DNA of 32,000 nucleotides from Desulfurispora thermophila DSM 16022 (GCF_000376385.1 NZ_AQWN01000001.1:72762-104761), one strand, 5' to 3'; shown: positions 1-9,625, numbered from the stretch's first letter. Notes: generated by a model not told the origin, from the letters alone. Translations and numbers: made by a program.

Positions 1-947
1 GGGGAGAAGCCTTTGCCGCATCCACGGTGGTGGACGACGCTGTGTTGCAAAAGCTGGAGGAGCTGAGCCAGCTGGCACCGTTGCACAACCCGCCCAATGT
101 GACCGGGATCAAGATCTGCCGCCAGCTTTTGCCCCATGCTCTGCAGGTGGCGGTTTTTGATACGGCTTTTCACCAGACCATGCCGCCCAAAGCCTATATG
201 TATGCCCTGCCCTATGAGTATTACCGGAAATACGGGCTGCGCAAGTACGGCTTTCACGGTACCTCGCACCGCTATGTGGCCCAGCGGGCGGCACAAATGC
301 TGGGCCGGCCCCTGGATGAGCTTAAGCTGATCACCTGTCACCTGGGTAACGGCTCCAGCCTCTGCGCTGTGAAAGAGGGTCGCGCGGTGGATACCACCAT
401 GGGCTTTACGCCGCTCTCCGGCCTGGTCATGGGTACGCGCTGCGGTGATATTGACCCGGCCGTGGTGGCACTGCTGATAGAAAAGGAAGGCTTAACTCCG
501 GGCCGGGTGAGCGACCTTTTGAACAAGCAAAGCGGTGTGCTGGGTGTATCAGGCCTGTCCAGCGATTTCCGGGATCTGGAGCAGGCGGCAACCGCGGGCA
601 ACCGGCAGGCCCAGCTGGCGTTGGACATGTTTGTCTACAGTGTGCAGAAGTGGGTTGGTGCTTTTGCCGCCGCCATGGGCGGGGTGGATGCCATTGTTTT
701 CACGGCGGGCATCGGGGAGAATTCGCCCTATGTGCGCCGGCAGGTGCTGGACGGTCTGACCTGGCTGGGCCTGCGCCTGGATGAGCGGGCCAATTGCACC
801 CGCGGCCGGGATGCCTGGCTGACCACGCCCGATTCTGAGGTGCAGGCGCTGGTGGTGCCTACGGATGAGGAACTGGTGATTGCCCGCGATGCGGCCGGGT
901 TGCTTGCGGAGCATACTCTAATGGAAAATATAAGCATCACGGCGTAG
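1..947 (+). CDS. ackA: acetate kinase, C-terminal ~315 codons (5' end lies outside the window)
   Basis: The reading frame is open to the left window edge. The translation carries the acetate/propionate kinase hallmarks LAPLHNPPN, FHGTSHRYV, ITCHLGNGSS, GFTPLSGLVMGTRCGDIDP, FTAGIGENS and VVPTDEELVIARDA. Confidence 0.92.
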   Translation, partial: GEAFAASTVVDDAVLQKLEELSQLAPLHNPPNVTGIKICRQLLPHALQVAVFDTAFHQTMPPKAYMYALPYEYYRKYGLRKYGFHGTSHRYVAQRAAQMLGRPLDELKLITCHLGNGSSLCAVKEGRAVDTTMGFTPLSGLVMGTRCGDIDPAVVALLIEKEGLTPGRVSDLLNKQSGVLGVSGLSSDFRDLEQAATAGNRQAQLALDMFVYSVQKWVGAFAAAMGGVDAIVFTAGIGENSPYVRRQVLDGLTWLGLRLDERANCTRGRDAWLTTPDSEVQALVVPTDEELVIARDAAGLLAEHTLMENISITA

Positions 948-1150
948 ATTTTGTCCGCAGCGATTGCCTTGAGGATTGCACGCAAATCTATGCCGTAGCC
1001 AATAAAAAAATACGTTTACAGTTAAGGCCGGGCTTATTGCGCGGCCTTTAACTTTATGCTTATGTTGCGCTGAACAGAATAAAAAACTATTGCATTTTTT
1101 AGTTAGTTAGGTAAAAATATAGAAAAAATAAAGTCGAAACATCTATTTGT

Positions 1151-3103
1151 ATGTCGAAATGTATGAACAAAAGGAGGCGGCAGATTTTGCGCAGCATTAA
1201 GTACACTCTGGTGGCGACCACTGTTCTGGTTACGCTGCTGATTTTCGCAGGACAGGCCGTGTTTGGTTATCATCATTTTCGCTCTTTTCTGTCCGCCCGG
1301 GTGGAGGAAGAACTTAAGCTGCGGGCGGAAAAGGAAGCGGCATTGCTGGAGGGGCAGTTGCTGGGAGCAGGTAACCTGGCAGCGGCGCTGGCGGGCGATA
1401 TTGTGGCCATGCCCGAGCGGCACTACGACAGCAACCTGCTTTTCAGTATCATCAAGAAATATCTGTCTGAAAACCAGCTGGTGGTGGGCGGAGGATTCTG
1501 GTTCGAGCCCAAAATGTTTGACGGCAAGTCTGATACATATGGCCCGTATTTGTATAAAAGTGAGGGACAGATTAAGCTGAGCTGGTATACGGACTACTTC
1601 CAGTACGATTGGTATAAAGACGGCTTCAAGACGGACAAGTCCATTGTCTGGAGCGAGCCCTATGCCGATGCCATTACCGGTGTGGCCATGATCACGGCTA
1701 CCAGTCCCATCAAGCAGAATGACCGGACGGTTGGCGTGACCACCATTGATATCGGCCTGGCGGAGCTACAGCGCAAAGTGGCTGAGGTTAAACCAGGCCG
1801 GGGTGGCTTTGCCTTTGTGATCAGCCGGCAGGGCAGCTATGTTGCCCACCCGGACAGCGGGCGGGTGCTGAAAGAGAAGATTACTGAAGATAAAAGTTTC
1901 GGCGGGCAGGTAAGCCAGATAATCCAGCAGGGCGGATCTATCGCTTCACTGATTAATTATAATAAAGAGCCCTACTATTTTTCCGCCGCTCCGGTGGGCG
2001 ACACCGGCATGAAACTGGTGGTATTGCTGCCGGAAAAAGAAACGATGGCCTTTATCAAGCAATACAACCTGGTTTCGGCGATTTCTTTGCTGGTAGCATT
2101 GCTGGCATTTGCCTGTTTTCTCTACTGGTTTGTGGAGAGAAAAATCAGCCGGCCGTTACGTCTGGTGATAGCCGAAACAAACCAGATCGCTGACGGTAAT
2201 TTGGCTATTTCCACGGTGGCGCTGGAAAAAGTGGGAGCGGGGCAGGACGAAATTGGCACGCTGGCCCGCTCGTTCAAAGCCATGGCTGCGCACATGGTGG
2301 ACATGGTGCAGCAAATTAAGAGCAAATCCAGCGAAGTGGCCGGGGCGTCCGGTCAGATCCAGGTGGCGGCCCGCCAGACATCGGCACATGCCACCGATAC
2401 GGCCGCGGCGGCCGAGCAAATTGCTTCCACAGTGGAAAATGTTAATGCCAGCATGCAGGAGATTGCCCGGGCGGCGGACGAAACGGCGGAGAAAGCCCGC
2501 CAGGGCAGCCGGGATGTGCAAACAGTTAATGAGCAATTTACCGGGGTTGCCACAGCGACCAGGGAATTTGCCGGGCTGGTACAGGAGCTGAACGACAAAG
2601 CCGCTTCCATTAACCAGATCGCGGAAATGATCAGCGACATTGCCGGCCAGACCAACCTGCTGGCTTTGAATGCGGCCATAGAAGCGGCACGGGCCGGTGA
2701 GCACGGGCGCGGTTTTGCCGTAGTGGCCGAGGAAGTGCGGCAACTGGCCGAACAAACGGCAGCGGCCACCCGCCAGATCCACGACCTGCTGGGCCAGATC
2801 CAGTCCCAGGCCGGATTGGTGGCCAGCAAAGTGAATGACAGCGTGACCCGGGTGGAGCAGAGCGACCGCATGGTGCGCGGTGCGGGAGAAAACTTCCAGG
2901 CCATCGTCAGCAGCGTGCAAACCCTGGCCGAACAAATTGAGCAGGTGGTCTCCGCCATGCAGCAGATGGCTGCCGGTGTGGACAGCGTGGCCCAGGTTAC
3001 CCAGGAACAGAGCTCGGTCAGCCAGGAAGTGCTGGCGGCGGCGGAAACCCTGGCCAATACGGCCGGTGAACTCAACCAGCTGGTGGCCAGGTTTAAGCTG
3101 TAA
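1151..3103 (+). CDS. methyl-accepting chemotaxis protein (TM1, Cache-like extracytoplasmic sensor, TM2, HAMP, MA signalling domain)
   Basis: This is a 650-aa ORF. Two hydrophobic segments ([15 protein letters not shown] and [21 protein letters not shown]) bracket a ~280-aa sensor region. It has a HAMP-like [18 protein letters not shown] and the conserved MCP hairpin tip [47 protein letters not shown] at 1171-1177 suggests the true start may be TTG 1187. Confidence 0.92.
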   Translation: MSKCMNKRRRQILRSIKYTLVATTVLVTLLIFAGQAVFGYHHFRSFLSARVEEELKLRAEKEAALLEGQLLGAGNLAAALAGDIVAMPERHYDSNLLFSIIKKYLSENQLVVGGGFWFEPKMFDGKSDTYGPYLYKSEGQIKLSWYTDYFQYDWYKDGFKTDKSIVWSEPYADAITGVAMITATSPIKQNDRTVGVTTIDIGLAELQRKVAEVKPGRGGFAFVISRQGSYVAHPDSGRVLKEKITEDKSFGGQVSQIIQQGGSIASLINYNKEPYYFSAAPVGDTGMKLVVLLPEKETMAFIKQYNLVSAISLLVALLAFACFLYWFVERKISRPLRLVIAETNQIADGNLAISTVALEKVGAGQDEIGTLARSFKAMAAHMVDMVQQIKSKSSEVAGASGQIQVAARQTSAHATDTAAAAEQIASTVENVNASMQEIARAADETAEKARQGSRDVQTVNEQFTGVATATREFAGLVQELNDKAASINQIAEMISDIAGQTNLLALNAAIEAARAGEHGRGFAVVAEEVRQLAEQTAAATRQIHDLLGQIQSQAGLVASKVNDSVTRVEQSDRMVRGAGENFQAIVSSVQTLAEQIEQVVSAMQQMAAGVDSVAQVTQEQSSVSQEVLAAAETLANTAGELNQLVARFKL

Positions 3104-3112
3104 ATAGAACAA

Positions 3113-3148
3113 AGAGCCAGGCCGAACACCTGGCTCTATTGTTTTGTT
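3113..3148 (+). terminator. intrinsic terminator of the MCP gene
   Basis: Perfect 9-bp stem AGAGCCAGG (3113-3121) / CCTGGCTCT (3129-3137), a 7-nt loop, then the T-rich ATTGTTTTGTT. Confidence 0.75.
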
Positions 3149-3258
3149 CGGACAAAGAATCCGGTGGGCAGTTATTATCCGTTAGTCTTGGCCGTGAGCC
3201 AGGTCGGAAAACGGGTTTGTAGCAGAATAACTCGCAGTTGCTAGTCGTGTCATCTGTG

Positions 3259-3272
3259 TATATAATTATATA
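3259..3272. promoter_or_regulatory. perfect 14-bp palindrome TATATAATTATATA in the ACR3 promoter region (candidate -10/operator)
   Basis: Read directly from the sequence. It lies ~47 nt upstream of the ACR3 start and contains TATAAT. Its function is not demonstrated. Confidence 0.3.
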
Positions 3273-3318
3273 AGAAGCAGCTTATTTTAAAACATGTCTC
3301 ATTAAAGGAGGTGCGTGG

Positions 3319-4380
3319 ATGACTCAACCCGCTGTGAAAAAGTTGTCCTTCCTGGACCGCTATCTCACTCTGTGGATTTTCCTGGCCATGGTGCTGGGCG
3401 TGGGTGCGGGGTATGTTTACCCGCAGATTGCCAGCTTCTGGGGCAAATTTCAGGTGGGCACCACCAATATCCCCATTGCCATTGGACTGATCTTAATGAT
3501 GTATCCGCCCCTGGCCAAGGTGCGCTATGAGGAGTTGCCCACGGTTTTTCAAGACAAGAAGTTGCTGGCCCTGTCGCTGATCCAGAACTGGGTTGTCGGG
3601 CCGGTGGTCATGTTTGTGCTGGCGGTATTGCTCTTGCCCGACAAGCCCGACCTGATGACGGGCGTTATTTTGGTGGGATTGGCCCGCTGTATTGCCATGG
3701 TGCTGGTGTGGAATGACCTGGCCGACGGCAACCCGGAATATGTCACGGGTTTGGTGGCATTTAACGCTATTTTCCAGGTGCTGACCTATTCAATTTATGC
3801 TTATTTCTTCCTGACGGTAATTCCGGCCTGGCTGGGTATGCAGAGTGTGGTTGTGGATGTTTCCATGGCCGAGATTGCCAAGAGCGTGTTTATTTACCTG
3901 GGTATCCCCTTCATCGCCGGGTATATTACCCGGGCTGTGTTGGTGAAACGCAGCGGCCGGGAGTGGTATGAGAAAAACTTTATCCCCCGTATCAGCAAAA
4001 TCACCCTGATCGCGCTGCTCTTCACCATTGTGGTCATGTTCTCCCTGAAGGGCAATGTGATTGTCACTCTGCCCTATGATGTGTTCCGGGTGGTAGTACC
4101 GCTTACCCTGTACTTTGTGATCATGTGGCTGGCCACTTTCTATCTGGGCAAATGGGTCGGTGCCGACTACGGCCGCACCACCACCATTGCCTTCACCGCG
4201 GCCAGCAACGACTTTGAGCTGGCCATTGCCGTGGCCGTGGCCGTGTTCGGTATCCACTCGGCCCAGGCTTTTGCCACGGTGATTGGCCCGCTGGTGGAAG
4301 TGCCCGTGTTGATCAGTCTGGTCAATGTGGCATTGTATTTCCGCAAGAAATACTTCAGCCACGAGCTGGCTGGAAGGTAA
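3319..4380 (+). CDS. acr3: ACR3-family arsenite efflux transporter
   Basis: This is a 353-aa polytopic membrane ORF behind AAAGGAGG. It has the typical ACR3 N-terminus [36 protein letters not shown], the conserved Cys motif [13 protein letters not shown], and [13 protein letters not shown]. Confidence 0.92.
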   Translation: MTQPAVKKLSFLDRYLTLWIFLAMVLGVGAGYVYPQIASFWGKFQVGTTNIPIAIGLILMMYPPLAKVRYEELPTVFQDKKLLALSLIQNWVVGPVVMFVLAVLLLPDKPDLMTGVILVGLARCIAMVLVWNDLADGNPEYVTGLVAFNAIFQVLTYSIYAYFFLTVIPAWLGMQSVVVDVSMAEIAKSVFIYLGIPFIAGYITRAVLVKRSGREWYEKNFIPRISKITLIALLFTIVVMFSLKGNVIVTLPYDVFRVVVPLTLYFVIMWLATFYLGKWVGADYGRTTTIAFTAASNDFELAIAVAVAVFGIHSAQAFATVIGPLVEVPVLISLVNVALYFRKKYFSHELAGR

Positions 4381-4414
4381 GGGGCAGATAAGCCGGATAA
4401 GGTAGATACCCTTT

Positions 4415-4460
4415 AGCCGCTACAAGGTTTTTGTAGCGGCTTTTCTTTGTTATACTTAAG
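4415..4460 (+). repeat. copy 1 of a 45-bp module: terminator hairpin + T-tract + extended -10 (TGTTATACT)
   Basis: AGCCGCTACAAGGTTTTTGTAGCGGCTTTTCTTTGTTATACTTAAG has a 9-bp stem GCCGCTACA/TGTAGCGGC followed by TTTTCTTTGTT. It is near-identical to 8105-8147 and 20448-20492. Confidence 0.85.
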
Positions 4461-4472
4461 TAGTGAGAAAGG

Positions 4473-4495
4473 TTTATTGTTATACAGACAATAAA
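4473..4495. promoter_or_regulatory. inverted repeat TTTATTGT-N7-ACAATAAA in the Uma2 leader (candidate operator)
   Basis: Perfect 8-bp arms read directly from the sequence. It lies just downstream of the putative extended -10 and is absent from the otherwise related leader after repeat copy 3. Confidence 0.3.
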
Positions 4496-4576
4496 TGCTG
4501 ATTTGATAACCAGGCAGAGGTGGAGCGGTTGAAATAGCTCTGCGTCATAAATAAATCTGTACGGGTGTAAGGGGGG

Positions 4577-5140
4577 ATGTGTATGTATACGTTGCAAGAT
4601 TACTTCCGTCTGCCGGAAGGGGCGCCTTATCAATTAATCGGGGGGGAACTGGTCATGACGCCGGCACCGGGGAAAAAGCACCAGCTGGCCTTGAAACGTT
4701 TGCTCAGGTTGCTGGACGATTATGTGGAGCAGAATCAGGCCGGGGAGGTGCTTTGTGCACCCCGGGATGTAGTGCTGGCGGAAAACGAGGTTTACCAGCC
4801 CGATATTGTCTTTGTGGCCAGGGAGAGGTTGGAAATTTCCCAGGAAGAAAGAGTTAATGGGGCTCCCGACCTGGTAGTTGAAGTGCTTTCCCCCTCCAGC
4901 GCCTACTACGACTTGCGAAAAAAATTTCGCGCCTATGAGAAATATGGTGTTAAGGAATACTGGGTGGTGGATCCGGAAGAAATGAGCATTGAGGTGTATG
5001 CCCGCCAGGAGAGCGGACTGGTAAAGGTGGCCAGGGCGGAATGGGGTGAAAGTATTGCTTCAGCTGCTGTGCTGCCCGGTTTTGTTTGTGACGTGGCTGC
5101 TGTGTTTCCCCGGGGGAAGGAAGAGATAAAAGGGCAGTAA
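4577..5140 (+). CDS. Uma2-family (DUF820) PD-(D/E)xK putative endonuclease
   Basis: Shows the family pattern YTLQDYFRLPEG..YQLIGGELVMTPAP..H, QPDIVFV, GAPDLVVEVLSPSS..D..K...Y...GVKEYWVVDP. The start ATGTGT (4577) matches the start context of the second Uma2 copy at 24167. Confidence 0.85.
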   Translation: MCMYTLQDYFRLPEGAPYQLIGGELVMTPAPGKKHQLALKRLLRLLDDYVEQNQAGEVLCAPRDVVLAENEVYQPDIVFVARERLEISQEERVNGAPDLVVEVLSPSSAYYDLRKKFRAYEKYGVKEYWVVDPEEMSIEVYARQESGLVKVARAEWGESIASAAVLPGFVCDVAAVFPRGKEEIKGQ

Positions 5141-5539
5141 CTGGGCAGGTAATATTCCGTTAAGCCAGTAAAAGACAAGCGTGGATGTTAAGTGCAGCTA
5201 TTGTGGAAAATTTTTTTTGGAAAACTTGGATTAAACGGCATCTGAAAAATGTGAGGTGAGGCAGGAAAAGGACCGTCCGGGGGGAGGGTAATACCAGAAA
5301 CAAGTTATTATGTTAAATAATTGAACGGTGTTGTTAAGATTGATAACAGCAATTAATAAATACGGGGAAAAATTGTTACTATTCAGATTATTATAGTCAA
5401 TAAAAGTAATGCGTGCCGGGCTTATTTAAAATTTCACGGGCTTCCTGGTATCATTATTGCTTTATTTAGTATCAGGTTGCTTCCTTAAGAAGCTAAGTGC
5501 GACTCCAAATTTGAACCGGGAGGTGAGTAATAATAAAAG

Positions 5540-5563
5540 TTGCAAATTTCTGAAATTTCGCAA
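5540..5563. promoter_or_regulatory. near-palindrome TTGCAAATTTC TG GAAATTTCGCAA (candidate operator upstream of the membrane-protein/acyl-CoA ligase genes)
   Basis: 11-bp arms with one bulged base, read directly from the sequence. It lies in a 530-bp AT-rich non-coding stretch. No function has been shown. Confidence 0.25.
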
Positions 5564-5668
5564 ATAAGAGGGGTGAGGTGGGCTGGACAAAAGTTGTCTT
5601 TTCCTGATCCTGGGGCGTATTTAAAAACCATATGGAGGTAATATTTACCATTTATTGTCGAATAGATA

Positions 5669-6244
5669 TTGAGGGGAGTGTTAATATTGAAAAAGCAGGA
5701 AACACCGGGACTTCCCTGGAGCGCAAAAATAGTTATGGGCCTTCTGATAGTGGCTGTGGTGCTGGTAGCCTTTGTTATTTTCGAAAAATTTAAGATTTCA
5801 AGCTGGCCTGCCTATGTAGCCATGATTCTTTTCTTCATTGTTCATGAGAACGTTGCCTTGGTGCCGAACATAATTATTGGCGGAGCATTCGGAATATTCA
5901 GTTATTTTCTGTTGGGTCTTTTTGTCAAAGCAACGGCCATGTCAATGGGTGGCATATTCCTTCCTGTACTCATCTTCGTAGGGGTCTTTGTTTTTCTGAT
6001 TGTTCTGTTAACCGATATCCTGCCTTATCTGTTTAACAGTTTTGCGTTTCTTTATTTTACGATATCCACTGTCGCTTCTGCTTCTGAAGGTGCGCACGCA
6101 CCGTTAATGTGGGTTAGATGGGTTGGCTGTGAAATTATCGGGGGACTATTGCTGATTGCAGGTGTTATCGGAACTCTCAAGGTTGTAGGGAGCATGATAA
6201 AGTCCACGGTTAAATCGGAGATTACAAATACCACGATAGAGTAA
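5669..6244 (+). CDS. hypothetical polytopic membrane protein (5-6 predicted TM helices)
   Basis: The ORF is strongly hydrophobic throughout, for example LLIVAVVLVAFVIF, IIIGGAFGIFSYFLLGLFV and VLIFVGVFVFLIVLL. GAGGGGAG at 5671-5678 favours TTG 5687 (MKKQETPG..) as the real start. I recognise no family. Confidence 0.6.
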   Translation: MRGVLILKKQETPGLPWSAKIVMGLLIVAVVLVAFVIFEKFKISSWPAYVAMILFFIVHENVALVPNIIIGGAFGIFSYFLLGLFVKATAMSMGGIFLPVLIFVGVFVFLIVLLTDILPYLFNSFAFLYFTISTVASASEGAHAPLMWVRWVGCEIIGGLLLIAGVIGTLKVVGSMIKSTVKSEITNTTIE

Positions 6245-6411
6245 GCTCAATCTGTCTATTCTGTTAGTGTATCAGTTGTGAAATCAAATCAAGGATTGAT
6301 TTTATATATCCCGTGCCCGCTCTTCAATAAGAGTACGCCGGAGCGGACAAGTTCTCTCAATTACCTTTGATTGCGGGAAGGAATATAATTGCCTGAACTT
6401 TAAAACGAGGG

Positions 6412-8040
6412 GTGATCAAAATGATGGAATATCCACTTTCCATAAGAAGCATACTTTACCGCGCCAAAACCGTCTTCCCCAAAAAGGAAGTTGTTTCACG
6501 TGATTTTTCAGGGATTTTCAGATATACCTATGGCGATATGTACAAAAGGGTCTGTCAACTGGCAAATGCTCTGAAGAAAATAGGTATTCAGCAAGGAGAA
6601 AGAGTTGCTTCTTTTGCCTGGAACAACCACCGCCACCTGGAATTATATTTTGCTGTGCCCTGCTATGGAGCTGTGTTAAATACCGTGAACATTCGCCTGT
6701 TCCGGGACCAACTTGTTCACTGTATTAATTTTGCCGAAAATAAAGTTCTATTTATCGATGAAGATCTATTACCGCTGATAGAAGACATCAAAGGAGAACT
6801 AAAGACTATTAAAGCCTATGTGGTTATGACAGATAAAGCAGAGTTGCCCCCAACCACCTTATCCCCTGTATATTCCTACGAAGAGTTGATCAAAAATGAG
6901 CCAGACGAATATGATTTCCCTTATCTGGATGAGTGGTCACCGGCCATCATGGCATACACCACTGCAACCACCGGCTTTCCGAAAGGTGTCGTTTATACCC
7001 ACCGGGGCCTTTATATTCACACCCTGTCTATTTTAGTCGGTGAATACGGGGCGAATGAAAGGGATGTCTGCATGCCCATTGTGCCCATGTTTCATGTTAA
7101 CGCCTGGTGCAGGCCATTTGCCGATGCCCTGGTGGGGGCCAAACAGGTCTTGCCGGGGAGCAGGCCGACTCCCAAGGATTTTTGCGAGTTAATCCATCAG
7201 GAAAGGGTAACCTACAGTGCAGGCGTGCCAACCATCTGGATGGGTATTCTGAATCACGTCCTGGAAAATCCGGGCAAATATGATTTCAGCTGTGTGCGGT
7301 GTTTTATTTCCGGTGGAGCCCCCCTGCCGGCCAAACTCACAGAAGATTATGAAAAAAAGCTGGGGATTACGCTCTTTCAGGGCTACGGGCAGACGGAAAC
7401 CACTCCTGTGACGCTGATGTGCTTCCCCAAGAGCTATCTGGAAAATCTGCCTGAACCGGACAAATACCTGCTGCGGGTGAAAACCGGCCTGTTGATGCCC
7501 GGGCTGGAAATGAGGGTGGTAAATGATAAGGGTGAAGAGGTTAAACATGATGGAAAAGAAATGGGTGAACTGCTCTTAAAAGGTCCCTGGATAATCAAAG
7601 AGTACTACAAGGATCCTGAAAAGACCAGGGAAGCGTTTGTGGACGGATGGTTCAGGACCGGCGATATTGTTACTGTTGATGAAGAAGGATATGTTCAGGT
7701 GGTGGATCGAACCAAAGATTTGATTAAGAGCGGCGGTGAGTGGATTTCTTCGGTTGATCTGGAAAACCACCTGATGGGGCACCCTGCCGTGGCGGAGGCG
7801 GCTGTTATCGCCATACCACACGACAAGTGGCAGGAAAGGCCGCTGGCCTGCGTGGTGCTGAAGCCCGATGCCCGGGGTAAAGTGAGCAAGCAAGAATTGC
7901 AGGATTTCCTGCGCGACAAGGTGGCACGCTGGTGGCTGCCCGATGACATTGTTTTCATTAACGAGATTCCCAAGACCAGCGTTGGTAAATTTTCCAAGCG
8001 GGCTTTAAGACAGCTCTACCAGGAGGGGAAACTGCTGTAG
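6412..8040 (+). CDS. AMP-dependent acyl-CoA synthetase/ligase (fatty-acid--CoA ligase type)
   Basis: Carries the adenylate-forming enzyme motifs YTTATTGFPKGV, GYGQTET, TGDIV, KSGGEWIS and PKTSVGKFSKR. The likely start is ATG 6421, after GAGGGG at 6407-6412. Confidence 0.9.
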   Translation: MIKMMEYPLSIRSILYRAKTVFPKKEVVSRDFSGIFRYTYGDMYKRVCQLANALKKIGIQQGERVASFAWNNHRHLELYFAVPCYGAVLNTVNIRLFRDQLVHCINFAENKVLFIDEDLLPLIEDIKGELKTIKAYVVMTDKAELPPTTLSPVYSYEELIKNEPDEYDFPYLDEWSPAIMAYTTATTGFPKGVVYTHRGLYIHTLSILVGEYGANERDVCMPIVPMFHVNAWCRPFADALVGAKQVLPGSRPTPKDFCELIHQERVTYSAGVPTIWMGILNHVLENPGKYDFSCVRCFISGGAPLPAKLTEDYEKKLGITLFQGYGQTETTPVTLMCFPKSYLENLPEPDKYLLRVKTGLLMPGLEMRVVNDKGEEVKHDGKEMGELLLKGPWIIKEYYKDPEKTREAFVDGWFRTGDIVTVDEEGYVQVVDRTKDLIKSGGEWISSVDLENHLMGHPAVAEAAVIAIPHDKWQERPLACVVLKPDARGKVSKQELQDFLRDKVARWWLPDDIVFINEIPKTSVGKFSKRALRQLYQEGKLL

Positions 8041-8104
8041 TTCCCGGGAAGTAACGAAAACAGCCTGTGTGTACAATATTTCCCATATTGAAATAGTAAT
8101 AGTC

Positions 8105-8147
8105 AGCCGCTGCAAGGTGTTTGTAGCGGCTTTTCTTTGTTATACTT
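8105..8147 (+). repeat. copy 2 of the 45-bp terminator/extended -10 module
   Basis: AGCCGCTGCAAGGTGTTTGTAGCGGCTTTTCTTTGTTATACTT. The A->G change in the stem still allows a G-U pair. It lies between the acyl-CoA ligase stop and the rlmD start. Confidence 0.85.
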
Positions 8148-8177
8148 TTAAAAAAAGAGGATGCAGGGCGCAGGGAG

Positions 8178-9593
8178 GTGCGGTGCGTGTATATGTCTCA
8201 GGATAAATGTTATCTGCCGCAAGGGGCTAATAATGAAGAAGTAACACTGCCAATTACCGGCCTGACCCACAGCGCCGAGGGAGTGGGGCGCTTAAACGGT
8301 CTGGCGGTCTTTGTGCCCGGAGCCGTGCCCGGCGATACGGTGCTGGCGCGGCTGGAAGAGCGCAAAAAGAGTTACGCTAGGGCGCGGCTTTTGGAAGTGC
8401 TGCAGGAAGCTCCGGAACGCAGGCCTGCTCCTTGCCCGCACTTTTCCGGCTGTGGCGGTTGCCGCTTGCAGCAGGTGACCTATGCCGAACAATTGCGTCT
8501 GAAAAAGCAGCTGGTGCAGGACAGTTTGGCCCGCCTGGGTGGCCTGGGCGATGTGCCGGTGCATGATGTGGCCGGTATGGACAACCCCTGGCATTACCGC
8601 AACAAGATTACCTTGCATGCGGGGTGGTCCGGTGGGCGGTATGTGCTGGGCCTGTTTACCGAGGGTTCACACGATTTGATTGAGCTTTACCCATTGGGTG
8701 TGGCGGAACCAGCGGCGGGTTGCTTGCTGGTGAATAAGGAGCTCAACCAGGTGGCCCGCACAGTGCAGGAGCTGTTGAACAAATACGCACCAACCGGGAC
8801 AAACGACTTTTTCCACCGGGTGATATTACGTAAAGCTGTGGCCACCGGGCAGATCATGGTGGTGCTGGTCACTGCCGGCGGGGCCTGGGCGGGAGAAAGT
8901 GCTCTGGTGCGGGATCTGCTTTCCCGGCATCCTGCTGTATCGTCCCTGCTGCGCCATGTCCCCGCGCCGGGCTTTGCAAGCGGCGGCGGTTCCTATAAGC
9001 TGCTGGCCGGTAAGGAGTACATTGAGGAAGAGCTGCTGGGCCTGTACTTTCGCATATCTCCCGCCGCCTTTTTCCAGGTGAACCCGGTGCAGACTGCTTA
9101 TTTATATCAAAAAGCGTTGCAGTATGCCGCGCTCACCGGCCGGGAGACGGCGCTGGACGCCTACTGCGGCACCGGGACCATCGCCCTTTTGCTGGCCCGG
9201 CAGGCGGCCCGGGTTTACGGTCTGGAGGTTGTGGCCCAGGCCGTGGTCGACGCCCGGCAGAATGCTCTGCGGAACAACACCGGCAATGTCCGGTTCATGG
9301 AGGGCGCGGTGGAAAAGCTGCTGCCCCGGCTGGCGGCGCGCGGTCTGCGCCCCCACCTCATTGTGCTGGACCCGCCCCGCAGCGGCTGCGGCCGTCCGGC
9401 GCTGCAAGCGGTGGCGGCCATGCAGGTACCGCGGCTGGTGTACGTTTCCTGTGACCCCGGTACCCTGGCTCGCGATCTGGCCTTTTTGAGCCAGTATGCT
9501 TACCGTGCTCTGGAGGTGCAGCCCGTGGACATGTTCCCCTGGACCAGCCACGTGGAGTGCGTGGTATCGCTGAAAAGAAAACACAGCCCATAA
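8178..9593 (+). CDS. rlmD: 23S rRNA (uracil-C5)-methyltransferase, RumA/RlmD type (TRAM + Fe-S cluster + SAM MTase)
   Basis: Has an N-terminal TRAM-like region (GLAVFVPGAVPGDTVLARLEE), Cys cluster CPHFSGCGGCRLQ, SAM motif DAYCGTGTIAL, LDPPRSG and the catalytic VYVSCDPGTLARD. The start is ambiguous between GTG 8178/8187 and ATG 8193. Confidence 0.9.
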   Translation: MRCVYMSQDKCYLPQGANNEEVTLPITGLTHSAEGVGRLNGLAVFVPGAVPGDTVLARLEERKKSYARARLLEVLQEAPERRPAPCPHFSGCGGCRLQQVTYAEQLRLKKQLVQDSLARLGGLGDVPVHDVAGMDNPWHYRNKITLHAGWSGGRYVLGLFTEGSHDLIELYPLGVAEPAAGCLLVNKELNQVARTVQELLNKYAPTGTNDFFHRVILRKAVATGQIMVVLVTAGGAWAGESALVRDLLSRHPAVSSLLRHVPAPGFASGGGSYKLLAGKEYIEEELLGLYFRISPAAFFQVNPVQTAYLYQKALQYAALTGRETALDAYCGTGTIALLLARQAARVYGLEVVAQAVVDARQNALRNNTGNVRFMEGAVEKLLPRLAARGLRPHLIVLDPPRSGCGRPALQAVAAMQVPRLVYVSCDPGTLARDLAFLSQYAYRALEVQPVDMFPWTSHVECVVSLKRKHSP

Positions 9594-9625
9594 AGCCTTG
9601 CGCAGCAAGGCTTTATGGGCTTTTG
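9587..9625 (+). terminator. strong intrinsic terminator of rlmD
   Basis: Perfect 15-bp stem CCCATAAAGCCTTGC (9587-9601) / GCAAGGCTTTATGGG (9605-9619), loop GCA, then CTTTTG. It overlaps the rlmD stop codon. Confidence 0.85.

Noticed and set aside
1024-1056. Terminator after ackA (AAGGCCG..CGGCCTT)
   Set aside because: It has only a 7-bp stem with an 11-nt loop and no real T-tract, which is too weak to list as a feature.
2156-3129. Long antisense ORFs (318 aa and 258 aa) inside the MCP gene
   Set aside because: They lie opposite the Ala/Gln-rich coiled-coil MA domain of a clearly genuine MCP. They have Arg/Gly/His-rich low-complexity composition and no SD site. This is a typical GC-rich shadow frame.
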